19,532 nucleotides of DNA from Pyrobaculum sp. (GTDB lineage: Archaea; Thermoproteota; Thermoprotei; Thermoproteales; Thermoproteaceae), in the NCBI GenBank assembly GCA_046293555.1, contig JBKBOT010000031.1:1-19532 (forward strand). Reading direction: 5' to 3'. The notes under the pieces are model-generated. The model saw only the letters and a list, made by a program, of their open reading frames with translations. It had not been told where the DNA came from and ran no database searches. The translations under genes and the position numbers were made by a program. Shown here piece after piece: positions 7,654 to 16,197 of this stretch; the stretch's first letter is position 1; every line of letters starts with the position of its first letter.

Positions 7654-8739
7654 ATGCGTGCAGCTGTATTACATGGGTACAACACCCCCCTGAAGATAGA
7701 GGAGGTAGATATCCAAAAGCCAAAAGGCGGCGAGGTGTTGCTACGTATAAAAACTGCCGGCGTCTGCCATAGCGACTTGTACGTACTAGAGGGCGCGACG
7801 CCGGTGCCGCCCCCCCTGGTGCCAGGACACGAGGCCGTAGCCGTGGTGGAAGAAGTGGGCCCCAACGTGGAGGGAGTTGCGCCAGGAGATGTGGTGGTAT
7901 CTTCCTTCGTGTGGCCATGTGGGAAGTGTAGAAACTGCGCCAGGGGGTTAGAAAACCTCTGCGAGAAGTTCGCCGAGGTTAGACCCAAGGGGGTGCTTTT
8001 AGACGGCACCACGAGGCTAAGCCTAAACGGCGCCCCCGTGAGGGTATTTCTAGGCGGGGTTTGGGCCGAATATGCCGTAGTGCCCGCCACGGCGGTGGCC
8101 AAACTCCCCAAGAGCCTTGCAAACAGGCCGGAGATGGCCATGTTGGGATGTGCCATCCTGACGGCATACGGCGCCGTGGTGAACTCCGCCTCAACCTCGC
8201 CGGGAGACACCGTGGTGGTAATAGGCACAGGCGGCGTGGGTCTCGCCGCGGTGCAGGTAGCCAGGGCGCTGGGGGCCAGGGTGGTGGCAGTGGGGAGAAA
8301 TCCGGAGAAGTTAAAACTGGCGCGGGAGCTGGGGGCAGAGGTGGTTAACACCAGAGAGGGCGACCCGGTGACAGCTGTGAGAAACCTCACGGGGGGTCGC
8401 GGCGGCGATGTGGTAATTGAGGCTGTAGGCAGCGAGGAGACTGTAGACATGGCTGTAGAGATGGCGGCGACGGGCGGCAGGGTGGTGTTAGTGGGCTTGA
8501 TGGCCGTGGGGAGGAGGGCCCCCGTCCACGTGGCGCGGGTGGTGAGAGGCGGGATATCTCTAGTGGGTAGCTACGGCGCGAGGCCGAGGGTAGATCTGCC
8601 TAAAGTCATCTCGATGGTAGAACGAGGCCTCTTGAGGCCAGAGCTTCTGGCCAGAGATATATACAAGCTAGAGGAGGTAAACCAGGCCGTAGAGGCGCTT
8701 AGAGGCGGGAGGTCTGTTAGGCCCCTCCTAACCCCTTAG
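7654..8739 (+). CDS. Zn-dependent alcohol dehydrogenase (MDR family), likely NADPH succinic semialdehyde reductase
   Basis: CHSD, GHE, structural-Zn CGKCRNC..C, LGCA, GTGGVG. VAVGR has no acidic residue after beta-2, which suggests NADPH. The specific function is from gene context. ATG 7648 is an alternative start. Confidence 0.85.
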   Translation: MRAAVLHGYNTPLKIEEVDIQKPKGGEVLLRIKTAGVCHSDLYVLEGATPVPPPLVPGHEAVAVVEEVGPNVEGVAPGDVVVSSFVWPCGKCRNCARGLENLCEKFAEVRPKGVLLDGTTRLSLNGAPVRVFLGGVWAEYAVVPATAVAKLPKSLANRPEMAMLGCAILTAYGAVVNSASTSPGDTVVVIGTGGVGLAAVQVARALGARVVAVGRNPEKLKLARELGAEVVNTREGDPVTAVRNLTGGRGGDVVIEAVGSEETVDMAVEMAATGGRVVLVGLMAVGRRAPVHVARVVRGGISLVGSYGARPRVDLPKVISMVERGLLRPELLARDIYKLEEVNQAVEALRGGRSVRPLLTP

Positions 8740-10614
8740 CTTTTTCTCTAGCTCCTCAATACTCTCCTGGTCCTCCAAGGTGCTTAAATCCCCCACCGGC
8801 TGCCCCATGGCCATAGCCCGTAAAACCCGCCTCATGACTTTCCCAGTTCTGGTCTTGGGGAGTTTCTCCAAGATGGCTACTCTCCCCACCACGGCGAGGG
8901 GGCCGAGGGACTTTCTTAAATGTGCCACCACCTCCTCTTCTGTCACCAGCCTCCCCGCTTTGGGCACCACGAAGACCGCCAGCACGTCCCCCCTCACTGG
9001 ATCTGGTATGCTTACCACTGCCGCCTCCGCCACCGCGGGGTGGGAGGACAAGATGTCCTCCACCTCTCTCGTGGAGAGCCTGTGTCCAGCCACTTTAATC
9101 ACGTCGTCTGACCTCCCCAATATGTGTAGATGGCCCTTCTCGTCGATATAGCCCAAATCTCCGGTTAGATAATAGCCGCGGAATTTAGTCCAGTAGCTAT
9201 CTACATACCGCTTGGGGTCTTTCCATACCGTGTGTAAAAAGGCCGGCGGCAGCGGGGGCTTTACTGCCACATGTCCCTTAGAGCCAGGAGGCAGCTCCCT
9301 CCCCTCGTCGTCTAGAATCACTAGCCGCAATGTGGGATATGGATGCCCCACAGAGCCGTAGCTATAGTCAAAACCGCCCAGGTTTAGAGATCCCGGCGCC
9401 GTGACGAAACAAGCCGTCTCTGTCTGGCCCCATACGTCTGCCACCTGACAGCGGTCTTTACAGATATATGTCTTAAGCCACTTGTAGGCCTCCTCGTTTA
9501 GCACCTCCCCGGTGGGGTACACCGCGATGAGGCTATCTAGCCTATATCTACGCGGCCACTCGTCGCCATATTTCATCAAAAGCCTTATCGCCGTGGGGGA
9601 GAAGAGGTGGTGAGTCGCCCTATATGCATCTACTACCTCCCACCAGATGCCCGGATGTGGATAGTCCGGCGCATCGTCGTACCAAAGCACAGTGAGGCCG
9701 TTTAAAAGCGGCCCGTGTACGCCGTAGTGATGGCCAGATATCCAGCCGATGTCGGCTGTGGAGAAGAAGACTATATCCTCTCTAAACTCCCGTTCTGCCC
9801 CCACCATGTGGTTAAAGGCGTACCACACCCAGACCATATATGCCCCATGTAGGTGGAGAATACCTTTAGGCTTCCCCGTGGTGCCAGAAGTGTATAGTAT
9901 AAATAAAGGCTCGTCGCCAGCTACCCACTCGGGCTCTATGTAGGCATTTAGGGGGACGTACTTCATCTCTTCTTGCCACCAGAAGTCCCTCCCCTCCCTC
10001 ATGGGTACCCCCACGCCGAGATTGCGATATACTAACACCTGGGCGTCCATCCCGGCGAGGGCAAGTGCCTCATCTACTGTGGGCTTCAGCGGGATGGCCT
10101 TCCCCCTTCTAGACATGGCGTCTGCGGTGATCACCATTTTGGCCTCTGCGTCTTTAATCCTATCTGCCAACGCCTGCGCGCCAAAGCCAGAAAACACGAC
10201 TGTGTGTACAGCCCCCAGCCTGCTGACAGCAAGCATGGCCACCATAGCCTCTGGGATCATGGGCATATATATCGCCACCCTGTCTCCCCTCTCTACACCC
10301 CGCATTTTTAACAAGGTGGCAAGGCGGTTTACCTCGCGGTAGAGATCCCAATACCGCAAAACCCTGGTGGCGCCAGAGGAGGAAACCCATATTAACGCCG
10401 CCTTGTTAGACCTACCGCTGTTGATGTGGCGATCTACCGCGTTGTAGGCTATGTTGGTCTCCCCCCCTACAAACCACTTGTAGAAAGGCGGGTTGGAGTC
10501 GTCATACGCCTTTTCCCACCTCTGCCTCCAGTAGAGTTTTGCAGCTTGTCTCTCCCAAAATCCTATCGGGTCCTCTAGAGATTCTTGGTAAACCTTTAGA
10601 AATGTGCCAGACAT
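8728..10614 (-). CDS. AMP-forming acyl-CoA synthetase, likely 4-hydroxybutyrate-CoA ligase
   Basis: YTSGTTGKPKG, WGQTET, TGD, GRSDDVIKVAGHR, PKTRTGKVMRR. The acetyl-CoA synthetase pocket Trp is replaced by Gly; sits among DC/HB genes. Confidence 0.88.
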   Translation of the reverse strand: MSGTFLKVYQESLEDPIGFWERQAAKLYWRQRWEKAYDDSNPPFYKWFVGGETNIAYNAVDRHINSGRSNKAALIWVSSSGATRVLRYWDLYREVNRLATLLKMRGVERGDRVAIYMPMIPEAMVAMLAVSRLGAVHTVVFSGFGAQALADRIKDAEAKMVITADAMSRRGKAIPLKPTVDEALALAGMDAQVLVYRNLGVGVPMREGRDFWWQEEMKYVPLNAYIEPEWVAGDEPLFILYTSGTTGKPKGILHLHGAYMVWVWYAFNHMVGAEREFREDIVFFSTADIGWISGHHYGVHGPLLNGLTVLWYDDAPDYPHPGIWWEVVDAYRATHHLFSPTAIRLLMKYGDEWPRRYRLDSLIAVYPTGEVLNEEAYKWLKTYICKDRCQVADVWGQTETACFVTAPGSLNLGGFDYSYGSVGHPYPTLRLVILDDEGRELPPGSKGHVAVKPPLPPAFLHTVWKDPKRYVDSYWTKFRGYYLTGDLGYIDEKGHLHILGRSDDVIKVAGHRLSTREVEDILSSHPAVAEAAVVSIPDPVRGDVLAVFVVPKAGRLVTEEEVVAHLRKSLGPLAVVGRVAILEKLPKTRTGKVMRRVLRAMAMGQPVGDLSTLEDQESIEELEKKLRG

Positions 10615-10615
10615 G

Positions 10616-12031
10616 TCAAAGGCTCAATATGTAGAACTTGGGCTCTGTGAAGTACAGCATTGTGGACCTAACCCCCTCCCTCCACCCAAAGCCCGAGTTC
10701 TTCACGCCGCCGTATGGCAACGCGTCAAATCTCACCCTGGTGGAGTCGTTAATAATGACAGAGCCGGCCTTAATGGCCCGCGCCACTCTCATCCCCTTTC
10801 TGTAATCCGCCGTGTAGACCGCCGCCTGGAGGCCATACTCAGTGGAGTTAGCTAGCTCCACAGCCTCTCTCTCGTCCCCAAAGGGGGCCACCGGGAGGAC
10901 GGGGCCAAAGACCTCTTCTTTAAACACTCTGGCGTCTATATGGCCGTCGTCAAATTTTATCAACGTGGGCTGGAAGAAAAAGCCCCGTCTCTCCAGCCTC
11001 CTCCCGCCGTGGAGCACCTCGCCGTTTTTCCCCACGGCGTCTGACACAAAGCCCTCCATGGCTTTTACCATCTTCTCGGAGATCAAAGGCCCCATGTCTG
11101 TAGTCTCCTCCGTGGGGTCACCTACCTTTATGTCTGTAGTTTTTTCTATTAGCAACTTTACAAACTGTTGGTAGGCAGGTTTCTCTACATATACCCTCTT
11201 TGTGGCGTTACAGTTCTGGCCGGCGTTTTCAAACCTAGCCCTGACGATTATTGAGGCCGCGTGTGTCAAGTCTGCATCCGCGAAGACAATTGCCGGGTCG
11301 GAGCCGCTGGGGGCGATCATGTATTTCTTCCCCCTGCCCGCCGCCTTGGCTGCCACCTGTAGCCCCACGGCCGTACTTCCGGTGAAAGAAATTCCCGCCA
11401 CCTTCGGGCTGTCTAGCAGCTCGTTGAAGACCTCCTCCCCGCTGCCAACTATCACTCTCACCACGCCGTCGGGGAGGCCGGCCTTTTGGAAAATCTCATA
11501 TAGCTTAAGGGCCGTGAGGGGCGTGTGGGTAGAGGGTTTCACCACTGCGGTATTTCCCGCAATAATTACAGGCGCCACCTTGTGGGCAAAGGTGGAGGCC
11601 GGGTTGTTATAACTAAGGGCGCCCGCCACAACCCCCACTGGCTCTCTTATCTCTACCACAAGCCTACCCTCGTTACCTGGCGGGTAGGTGTAGCCATCTA
11701 CCCGCGGCACTCTTCCCTCTAAGATGTGACGCGCCTCTTCAGCGCTCGCCCTTACGATCTCTATAGCTCTATATAGCTCCGCTCTGGCGTCTCTAATGGG
11801 CTTTCCAGATTCCGCCACTAGGGTTTTTAACAGCTCGTCAAAAAGGAGTTCTGTAAGCTCGGCAGCTCTCCTTAAGATCTTTCCCCTCTCCCTAAGGGGG
11901 GTGGCAGACCACTTCTCAAAGGCCGTGTATGTCTCATCTATAGCTTTCCTCACGTCTTCTCTAGTGGCTGAGGGGAGTACCGCCAAGACATCCCCCGTGG
12001 CTGGATTATAGACAACGACCTCTTTCGACAT
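10616..12031 (-). CDS. Aldehyde dehydrogenase superfamily, likely CoA-acylating succinyl-CoA reductase
   Basis: [21 protein letters not shown] (catalytic Cys), [15 protein letters not shown]. The LELGG motif is replaced by IAPSG. Its stop is 1 bp before the ligase ATG. Confidence 0.85.
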   Translation of the reverse strand: MSKEVVVYNPATGDVLAVLPSATREDVRKAIDETYTAFEKWSATPLRERGKILRRAAELTELLFDELLKTLVAESGKPIRDARAELYRAIEIVRASAEEARHILEGRVPRVDGYTYPPGNEGRLVVEIREPVGVVAGALSYNNPASTFAHKVAPVIIAGNTAVVKPSTHTPLTALKLYEIFQKAGLPDGVVRVIVGSGEEVFNELLDSPKVAGISFTGSTAVGLQVAAKAAGRGKKYMIAPSGSDPAIVFADADLTHAASIIVRARFENAGQNCNATKRVYVEKPAYQQFVKLLIEKTTDIKVGDPTEETTDMGPLISEKMVKAMEGFVSDAVGKNGEVLHGGRRLERRGFFFQPTLIKFDDGHIDARVFKEEVFGPVLPVAPFGDEREAVELANSTEYGLQAAVYTADYRKGMRVARAIKAGSVIINDSTRVRFDALPYGGVKNSGFGWREGVRSTMLYFTEPKFYILSL

Positions 12032-12050
12032 GGGCCCCCCTCACTGTTAT

Positions 12051-12058
12051 TATATAAA
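12051..12058 (-). promoter_or_regulatory. TATA box for the ALDH-ligase operon
   Basis: TTTATATA beginning 27 bp before ATG 12031. Confidence 0.7.
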
Positions 12059-12088
12059 GATTTTCAATATGTACATAAATGCTTGAAA

Positions 12089-12115
12089 TTTATAATTATA
12101 GAAAATCATAATTTA
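12089..12115. promoter_or_regulatory. AT-rich palindromic candidate transcription-factor site
   Basis: TTTATAATTATAG with the perfect palindrome TATAATTATA (12091-12100) midway between divergent TATA boxes; a second ATAATT lies 16 bp downstream (12108), the same spacing as 7576/7592. Confidence 0.6.
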
Positions 12116-12133
12116 AAAAATTGGGATAAAAAA

Positions 12134-12140
12134 TTTAAAA
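12134..12140 (+). promoter_or_regulatory. TATA box for abfD
   Basis: GGGATAAAAAA followed by TTTAAAA, beginning 27 bp before ATG 12161. Confidence 0.7.
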
Positions 12141-12160
12141 CATTCCAAAAGAAAAGTGCT

Positions 12161-13663
12161 ATGTTGAGAACTGGGGATCAGTACGTAGAGGGGATACGAA
12201 ATAGACAACATGTGGGCATATATGTCATGGGGAAGAGGGTTACAGACGTCGCCACAAATCTCTTCCTCAAGCCCTCCGTCCTCTCGTTTAAGGCCACTTT
12301 CGACGCGGCGTTTGATGAAGACACAAGAGATCTGGCTAGGGTATATAGCCCCATAGTGGGGGAAGAGGTAAATCGCTTCAACTCGCTACACGCAACCCCA
12401 CAAGACCTGGTGGCTAAGGTAAAGCTTTTGAGAAAACTAAGCCACAAGACTGGCACATGTTTTCAACGATGTGTGGGGTGGGACGGCCTCAACACTCTCT
12501 ACATAGTAACCCGCAAGGCGGCGGAGAGGGGGGGCGCCAAGACCTATTTCGAGAACTTCATGAGGTATCTAGAGTACGTACAAAAAGGGGACTTGGCGCT
12601 AGCTGGCGCCATGACGGACGTGAAGGGGGTAAGGACGTTAAAACCCAGCGAGCAGCCAAACCCAGACGCCTACGTGAGGGTAGTAGAGGAGCGAGATGAC
12701 GGCGTCGTGGTGCGGGGCGCCAAGGCCAACATAACTGGCGTCGCCGTGGTGGACGAGGTGTTGGTAATGCCCACGAGAGCCATGACGGAAAAAGACGCCC
12801 CCTACGCCATATCTTTCGCAATCCCTCTAGACACTCCGGGAGTTAAGGTGGTGGTGGGGAGGCAGCTAAATGACTCCAGAAGGCTTGAGGGCGGGGAGAT
12901 AGACGGGCTGCCCTACATGTTTAACCACGAGGGGCTTCTCATATTTGAAGACGTCTTTGTGCCCTGGGAGAGGGTATTCCTATATAGGGACTGGAGGTGG
13001 GCTGGCGTCTTGGTGGAGATCTTCTCTTCTTACCACAGACAGGGCTACGCCGGCTGTAAGTCCGGCCTTGGCGACGTGATTATAGGCACGGCTTACAACC
13101 TGGCGAAACAGATCGGGGTGGCGGGAAAGTCTCACATAGAGGAGAAGCTAGTAGAGATGACTTTCCTCAACGAGGCCATGTATTCCACAGGCCTTGCGGC
13201 GAGCTGGGAGGGGAGAAAGATCGCGGAGGGTCCCGGCGGCGTTTGGGTCAACCCCATGTATGCCAACATAACTAAACACCTGGTAACACGCCTCCCCTAC
13301 GAGGTCGCCAGGTTGTCTCACGACATTGCCGGCGGAATTGTGGGCACAGCCCCCAGCGAGTTCGACCTGAAGAACCCAGAGGTTAGGCAGCTAATAGAGA
13401 AGTACCTCCAGGGCGTGCCGGAGTTTACGGCTGAGGATAGACTCAAGATGGTCCGCATGTTGGAAAACGTCAGCATGAGCGTGGCCTATCTCGTGGAGTC
13501 TATCCACGGGGCTGGCAGCCCCCAGGCCCAGAGGATTTCCATACAGAGGATTTACGACTACGAATATGCAGAGGTGGTAGCCAGACGGCTAGCCAACATG
13601 TCTAGAAGAGAGCTAGATAGAAGAGTGGAGCCACATAAGCCCACAGAGGCGGAGAGGATATGA
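12161..13663 (+). CDS. abfD: 4-hydroxybutyryl-CoA dehydratase (FAD, 4Fe-4S)
   Basis: CFQRCVG (CX3C) and HRQGYAGC (HX6C) cluster ligands, [20 protein letters not shown]. Start moved to ATG 12161 (MLRTGDQY, 500 aa) from the TTG at 12083. Confidence 0.95.
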   Translation: MLRTGDQYVEGIRNRQHVGIYVMGKRVTDVATNLFLKPSVLSFKATFDAAFDEDTRDLARVYSPIVGEEVNRFNSLHATPQDLVAKVKLLRKLSHKTGTCFQRCVGWDGLNTLYIVTRKAAERGGAKTYFENFMRYLEYVQKGDLALAGAMTDVKGVRTLKPSEQPNPDAYVRVVEERDDGVVVRGAKANITGVAVVDEVLVMPTRAMTEKDAPYAISFAIPLDTPGVKVVVGRQLNDSRRLEGGEIDGLPYMFNHEGLLIFEDVFVPWERVFLYRDWRWAGVLVEIFSSYHRQGYAGCKSGLGDVIIGTAYNLAKQIGVAGKSHIEEKLVEMTFLNEAMYSTGLAASWEGRKIAEGPGGVWVNPMYANITKHLVTRLPYEVARLSHDIAGGIVGTAPSEFDLKNPEVRQLIEKYLQGVPEFTAEDRLKMVRMLENVSMSVAYLVESIHGAGSPQAQRISIQRIYDYEYAEVVARRLANMSRRELDRRVEPHKPTEAERI

Positions 13664-14082
13664 CGCCAGTACGTCACATCGCCTCAAGGCCGCCGATAAC
13701 CGCCAGCCCCCATATCTCCATAAGAGAGGCCGCGGGGATTATGGCCCAGAGGAGAATTGGCCTCTTGATACTTGTAGAGGGGGGGAAGCTATATGGCGTG
13801 GTGTCAGAAAGAGATATCGTAGAGGCCGTGGCGCAGGGGGTCCCGCCCGGCGAGGAGGTATCTAAAATCGCCAAGAGGGAAGTTGTCACTATTGACGCAG
13901 ATGTTAACATCAGGGAGGCGGCTACACTTATTAGACGCCACGGGATTAGACACCTCGTGGTGATGTCGCGAGGGGAGATATACGGCGTGATTTCTGTAAG
14001 AGATCTAGTGAGAGAGAAGGAGATTCTTGCCTCCATCGCCGAGTTCCCACGCCTAGAGACAGAACTGGCGGCAGCTGACTGA
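13660..14082 (+). CDS. Stand-alone CBS-domain pair protein
   Basis: IGLLILV..GVVSERD and IRHLVV..GVISVRD; ATGA overlap with the abfD stop. Confidence 0.9.
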   Translation: MTPVRHIASRPPITASPHISIREAAGIMAQRRIGLLILVEGGKLYGVVSERDIVEAVAQGVPPGEEVSKIAKREVVTIDADVNIREAATLIRRHGIRHLVVMSRGEIYGVISVRDLVREKEILASIAEFPRLETELAAAD

Positions 14083-14089
14083 CATCAAA

Positions 14090-14139
14090 AATAATTATAA
14101 AATTGATACATTTTCGTTAAAAACATTTAAACTTAAAAA
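14090..14139 (+). promoter_or_regulatory. Candidate operator plus TATA box for the frd operon
   Basis: 14090-14101 is the exact reverse complement of 7589-7600 (TTTATAATTATT). CTTAAAAA at 14132 begins 27 bp before GTG 14159; TTTAAA at 14126 is an alternative. Confidence 0.55.
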
Positions 14140-14158
14140 TTAGTTGATATAATTAGAT

Positions 14159-15889
14159 GTGGAAATTATAAAATGTAATGTAGCTATAGTGGGGTCCGGC
14201 ATGGCTGGACTCAGGGCGGCGGCGGCAGCCGCCTCTGTGGGCGAAAAAGTTGAGATATGTGTTGTTAGTAAAGTCGCCGGGCCGCGGTCACATAGCATCT
14301 CGGCAGAGGGCGGCATGGCGGCTGTGATATATCCAGAGAAGACGGGAGACTCCCCACACCTCCACGCCTATGATACCGTCAAAGGCGGAGACTTCCTTGT
14401 AGACCAGAAGGCAGCACTCCTCCTCGCCGAGGAGGCGCCAGGAGAGGTTTGGTTTCTAGAAAAAATTGGGGTGCCCTGGAGCCGGGCGGAGGACGGCTCT
14501 ATCGCCCTGAGGCTTTTTGGCGGCATGTCTAAACCACGTACAGTCTTTGCTAAAGACAAGACTGGATTCTACATAATGACAACGCTATATAGATATGTCA
14601 AGTCTTTTCCAAACATAAAGTTTTTTGAAGAACACATAGTAACAAAAGTCGTCATAAGGCATGGGGTCTTCCACGGAGTTACCGCTCTAGACATGAGGAG
14701 GGGAGAGATGCGGTTCTTCAAGGCGCAGGCCGGAATTCTAGCCGCGGGGGGAGGGGGGAGGATATTCAAGCTGACCACCATGGGGCATCTAAACACCGGA
14801 GAGGTGCTTGGCTTCGCCCTTAGGGAGGGCGTGGCGTTAAAAGATGTGGAGTTTGTACAGTGGCACCCCACGGCTCTTGTGCCTAGCGGAATTTTGATAA
14901 GCGAGGCTGCAAGAAGCGAGGGGGGCTATCTGGTGAACAGACTGGGGGAACGCTTCATGAAGAGATACGCCCCACAAAAAATGGAACTAGCGCCAAGAGA
15001 CATAATCTCCCGGGCTATCGTACAGGAGTGTAAAGCTGGCCGCGGCTTTTATAGAGGTGGCCTCTGCCACGTGGGTCTCGACGTCAGGCATCTAGACAGG
15101 TCTATGGTACAACAGCGGCTGCCCCTCCTGGTGGATCTCGTCAAGACTTATGCAGGCGTTGACCCCTTCAGCGAGCTCATCCCCGTGGCTCCCGCGGTGC
15201 ATTACTTTATGGGCGGCGTTCATACTGACGTGTGGGGGCGCGTGTTGACTGCAGATGGGGTGTGGGTTAGGGGGCTGTGGGCAGCCGGCGAGGCGGCTGC
15301 GGTGAGCGTACATGGGGCAAACCGCCTGGGCTCAAACTCGTTAAGCGAGTGTGCAGTCTGGGGGAGAATAACGGGAGAACAGGCGGCAAAATACGCGCTT
15401 GAGGCGGGGGGCAGCGGCGAAAATCTGGCCTCCATCTTGGAGGAGGAAGAAAACAGGGTGTTTTACAGACTGGGGCGAAAGGAGACTGGCGGGGAGTCGC
15501 CAGCCGCCGTAAAGGCAGAGCTACAAAACGTAATGCACCAAAGCGCCGGCGTCTTTAGAGACGAGAGGTCAATGGCCGAGGGGCTCGCCAAGTTGGCGAA
15601 ACTCATGTCTATAAACCACCTCAACCTACATGACGTCAGCAGGGTGTACAACATGGAGTTAAGAGAGCTGATAGAGCTCGACGGGATGTTGCCCGTAGCT
15701 TACACCATATTGCTCGGGGCCTACTTTAGGAAGGAGTCTAGAGGCGCTCACTACGTGGTGGAGTATCCACATAGAGACGACAAGAGGTGGTTAAAACATA
15801 GCGTTGCCTTCAAGCTTGGCAATAGTTACGGCATGTTGTGGACAGAAGTGGATGTAGACAGATGGCCGCCCGAGGTGAGGGTGTACTGA
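14159..15889 (+). CDS. frdA: Fumarate reductase/succinate dehydrogenase flavoprotein subunit
   Basis: GSGMAG, RSHSISAEGG (covalent FAD His), QWHPT, SEAARSEGG, ELAPRD, HYFMGG, HGANRLGSNSL, RKESRGAH. The reductive direction is inferred from context. Confidence 0.92.
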   Translation: MEIIKCNVAIVGSGMAGLRAAAAAASVGEKVEICVVSKVAGPRSHSISAEGGMAAVIYPEKTGDSPHLHAYDTVKGGDFLVDQKAALLLAEEAPGEVWFLEKIGVPWSRAEDGSIALRLFGGMSKPRTVFAKDKTGFYIMTTLYRYVKSFPNIKFFEEHIVTKVVIRHGVFHGVTALDMRRGEMRFFKAQAGILAAGGGGRIFKLTTMGHLNTGEVLGFALREGVALKDVEFVQWHPTALVPSGILISEAARSEGGYLVNRLGERFMKRYAPQKMELAPRDIISRAIVQECKAGRGFYRGGLCHVGLDVRHLDRSMVQQRLPLLVDLVKTYAGVDPFSELIPVAPAVHYFMGGVHTDVWGRVLTADGVWVRGLWAAGEAAAVSVHGANRLGSNSLSECAVWGRITGEQAAKYALEAGGSGENLASILEEEENRVFYRLGRKETGGESPAAVKAELQNVMHQSAGVFRDERSMAEGLAKLAKLMSINHLNLHDVSRVYNMELRELIELDGMLPVAYTILLGAYFRKESRGAHYVVEYPHRDDKRWLKHSVAFKLGNSYGMLWTEVDVDRWPPEVRVY

Positions 15890-16197
15890 TGAGATACGTG
15901 GTGTACATTAGGAGGAAGTCTGGAGAGGTGCAATACACACAGAGGTACGTAGTGGAGGCAGACCCAAGGACCTCTGTGTTAGACCTACTTATAAACCTGA
16001 GAGAGGATGTAGACGGCACCATAGCCTTTAGGTACGCATGTAGGATGGGGGTATGTGGCATCTGCGCCGTGAGGATAAACGGCGTGCCGAAACTGGCGTG
16101 TGCCACCAAACTCTCTGACTTAAACACCCACGAGATCTACATAGAGCCTATTTCAGACAGGGTGATTAAAGACCTGGTGGTAGACTTAGAGCGATGA
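15889..16197 (+). CDS. Short FrdB/SdhB-like protein, N-terminal 2Fe-2S domain only
   Basis: ATG 15889 overlaps the frdA stop (TGATG); 102 aa; FRYACRMGVCGICAVRING..LAC; ends at VIKDLVVDLER*. Confidence 0.88.
   Translation: MRYVVYIRRKSGEVQYTQRYVVEADPRTSVLDLLINLREDVDGTIAFRYACRMGVCGICAVRINGVPKLACATKLSDLNTHEIYIEPISDRVIKDLVVDLER

Noticed and set aside
7599-8450. 283-aa minus-strand ORF, and many similar 60-140 aa ORFs opposite the CBS, cyd, ligase, ALDH, frdA and S49 genes
   Set aside because: Antisense or alternate-frame shadows of well-supported genes; Ser/Thr/Pro/Arg-rich with no motifs.
8728-8739. Convergent 3' overlaps (also 958-983 and 17854-17857) as antisense regulation
   Set aside because: Short tail-to-tail overlaps are routine in compact crenarchaeal genomes.
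12083-12160. N-terminal extension of abfD from TTG 12083
   Set aside because: It runs through the AT-rich promoter; family-like sequence and TATA spacing both point to ATG 12161.
12161-13663. 4-hydroxyphenylacetate 3-hydroxylase (HpaB) annotation
   Set aside because: Same fold, but the CX3C and HX6C Fe-S ligands identify AbfD.
12528-13785. G7 runs in abfD (12528-12534) and the CBS gene (13779-13785) as phase-variation switches
   Set aside because: Reading frames are intact, the runs are short and encode Gly, and no read data are available to show variation.
15838-15888. Longer start for the 2Fe-2S gene
   Set aside because: It overlaps frdA by 52 bp; the TGATG coupling at 15889 is more plausible.
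15889-16197. frdB as a frameshifted pseudogene
   Set aside because: All four 2Fe-2S Cys are intact, the stop is at the domain boundary, the next gene is coupled by ATGA, and no C-terminal remnant is visible.
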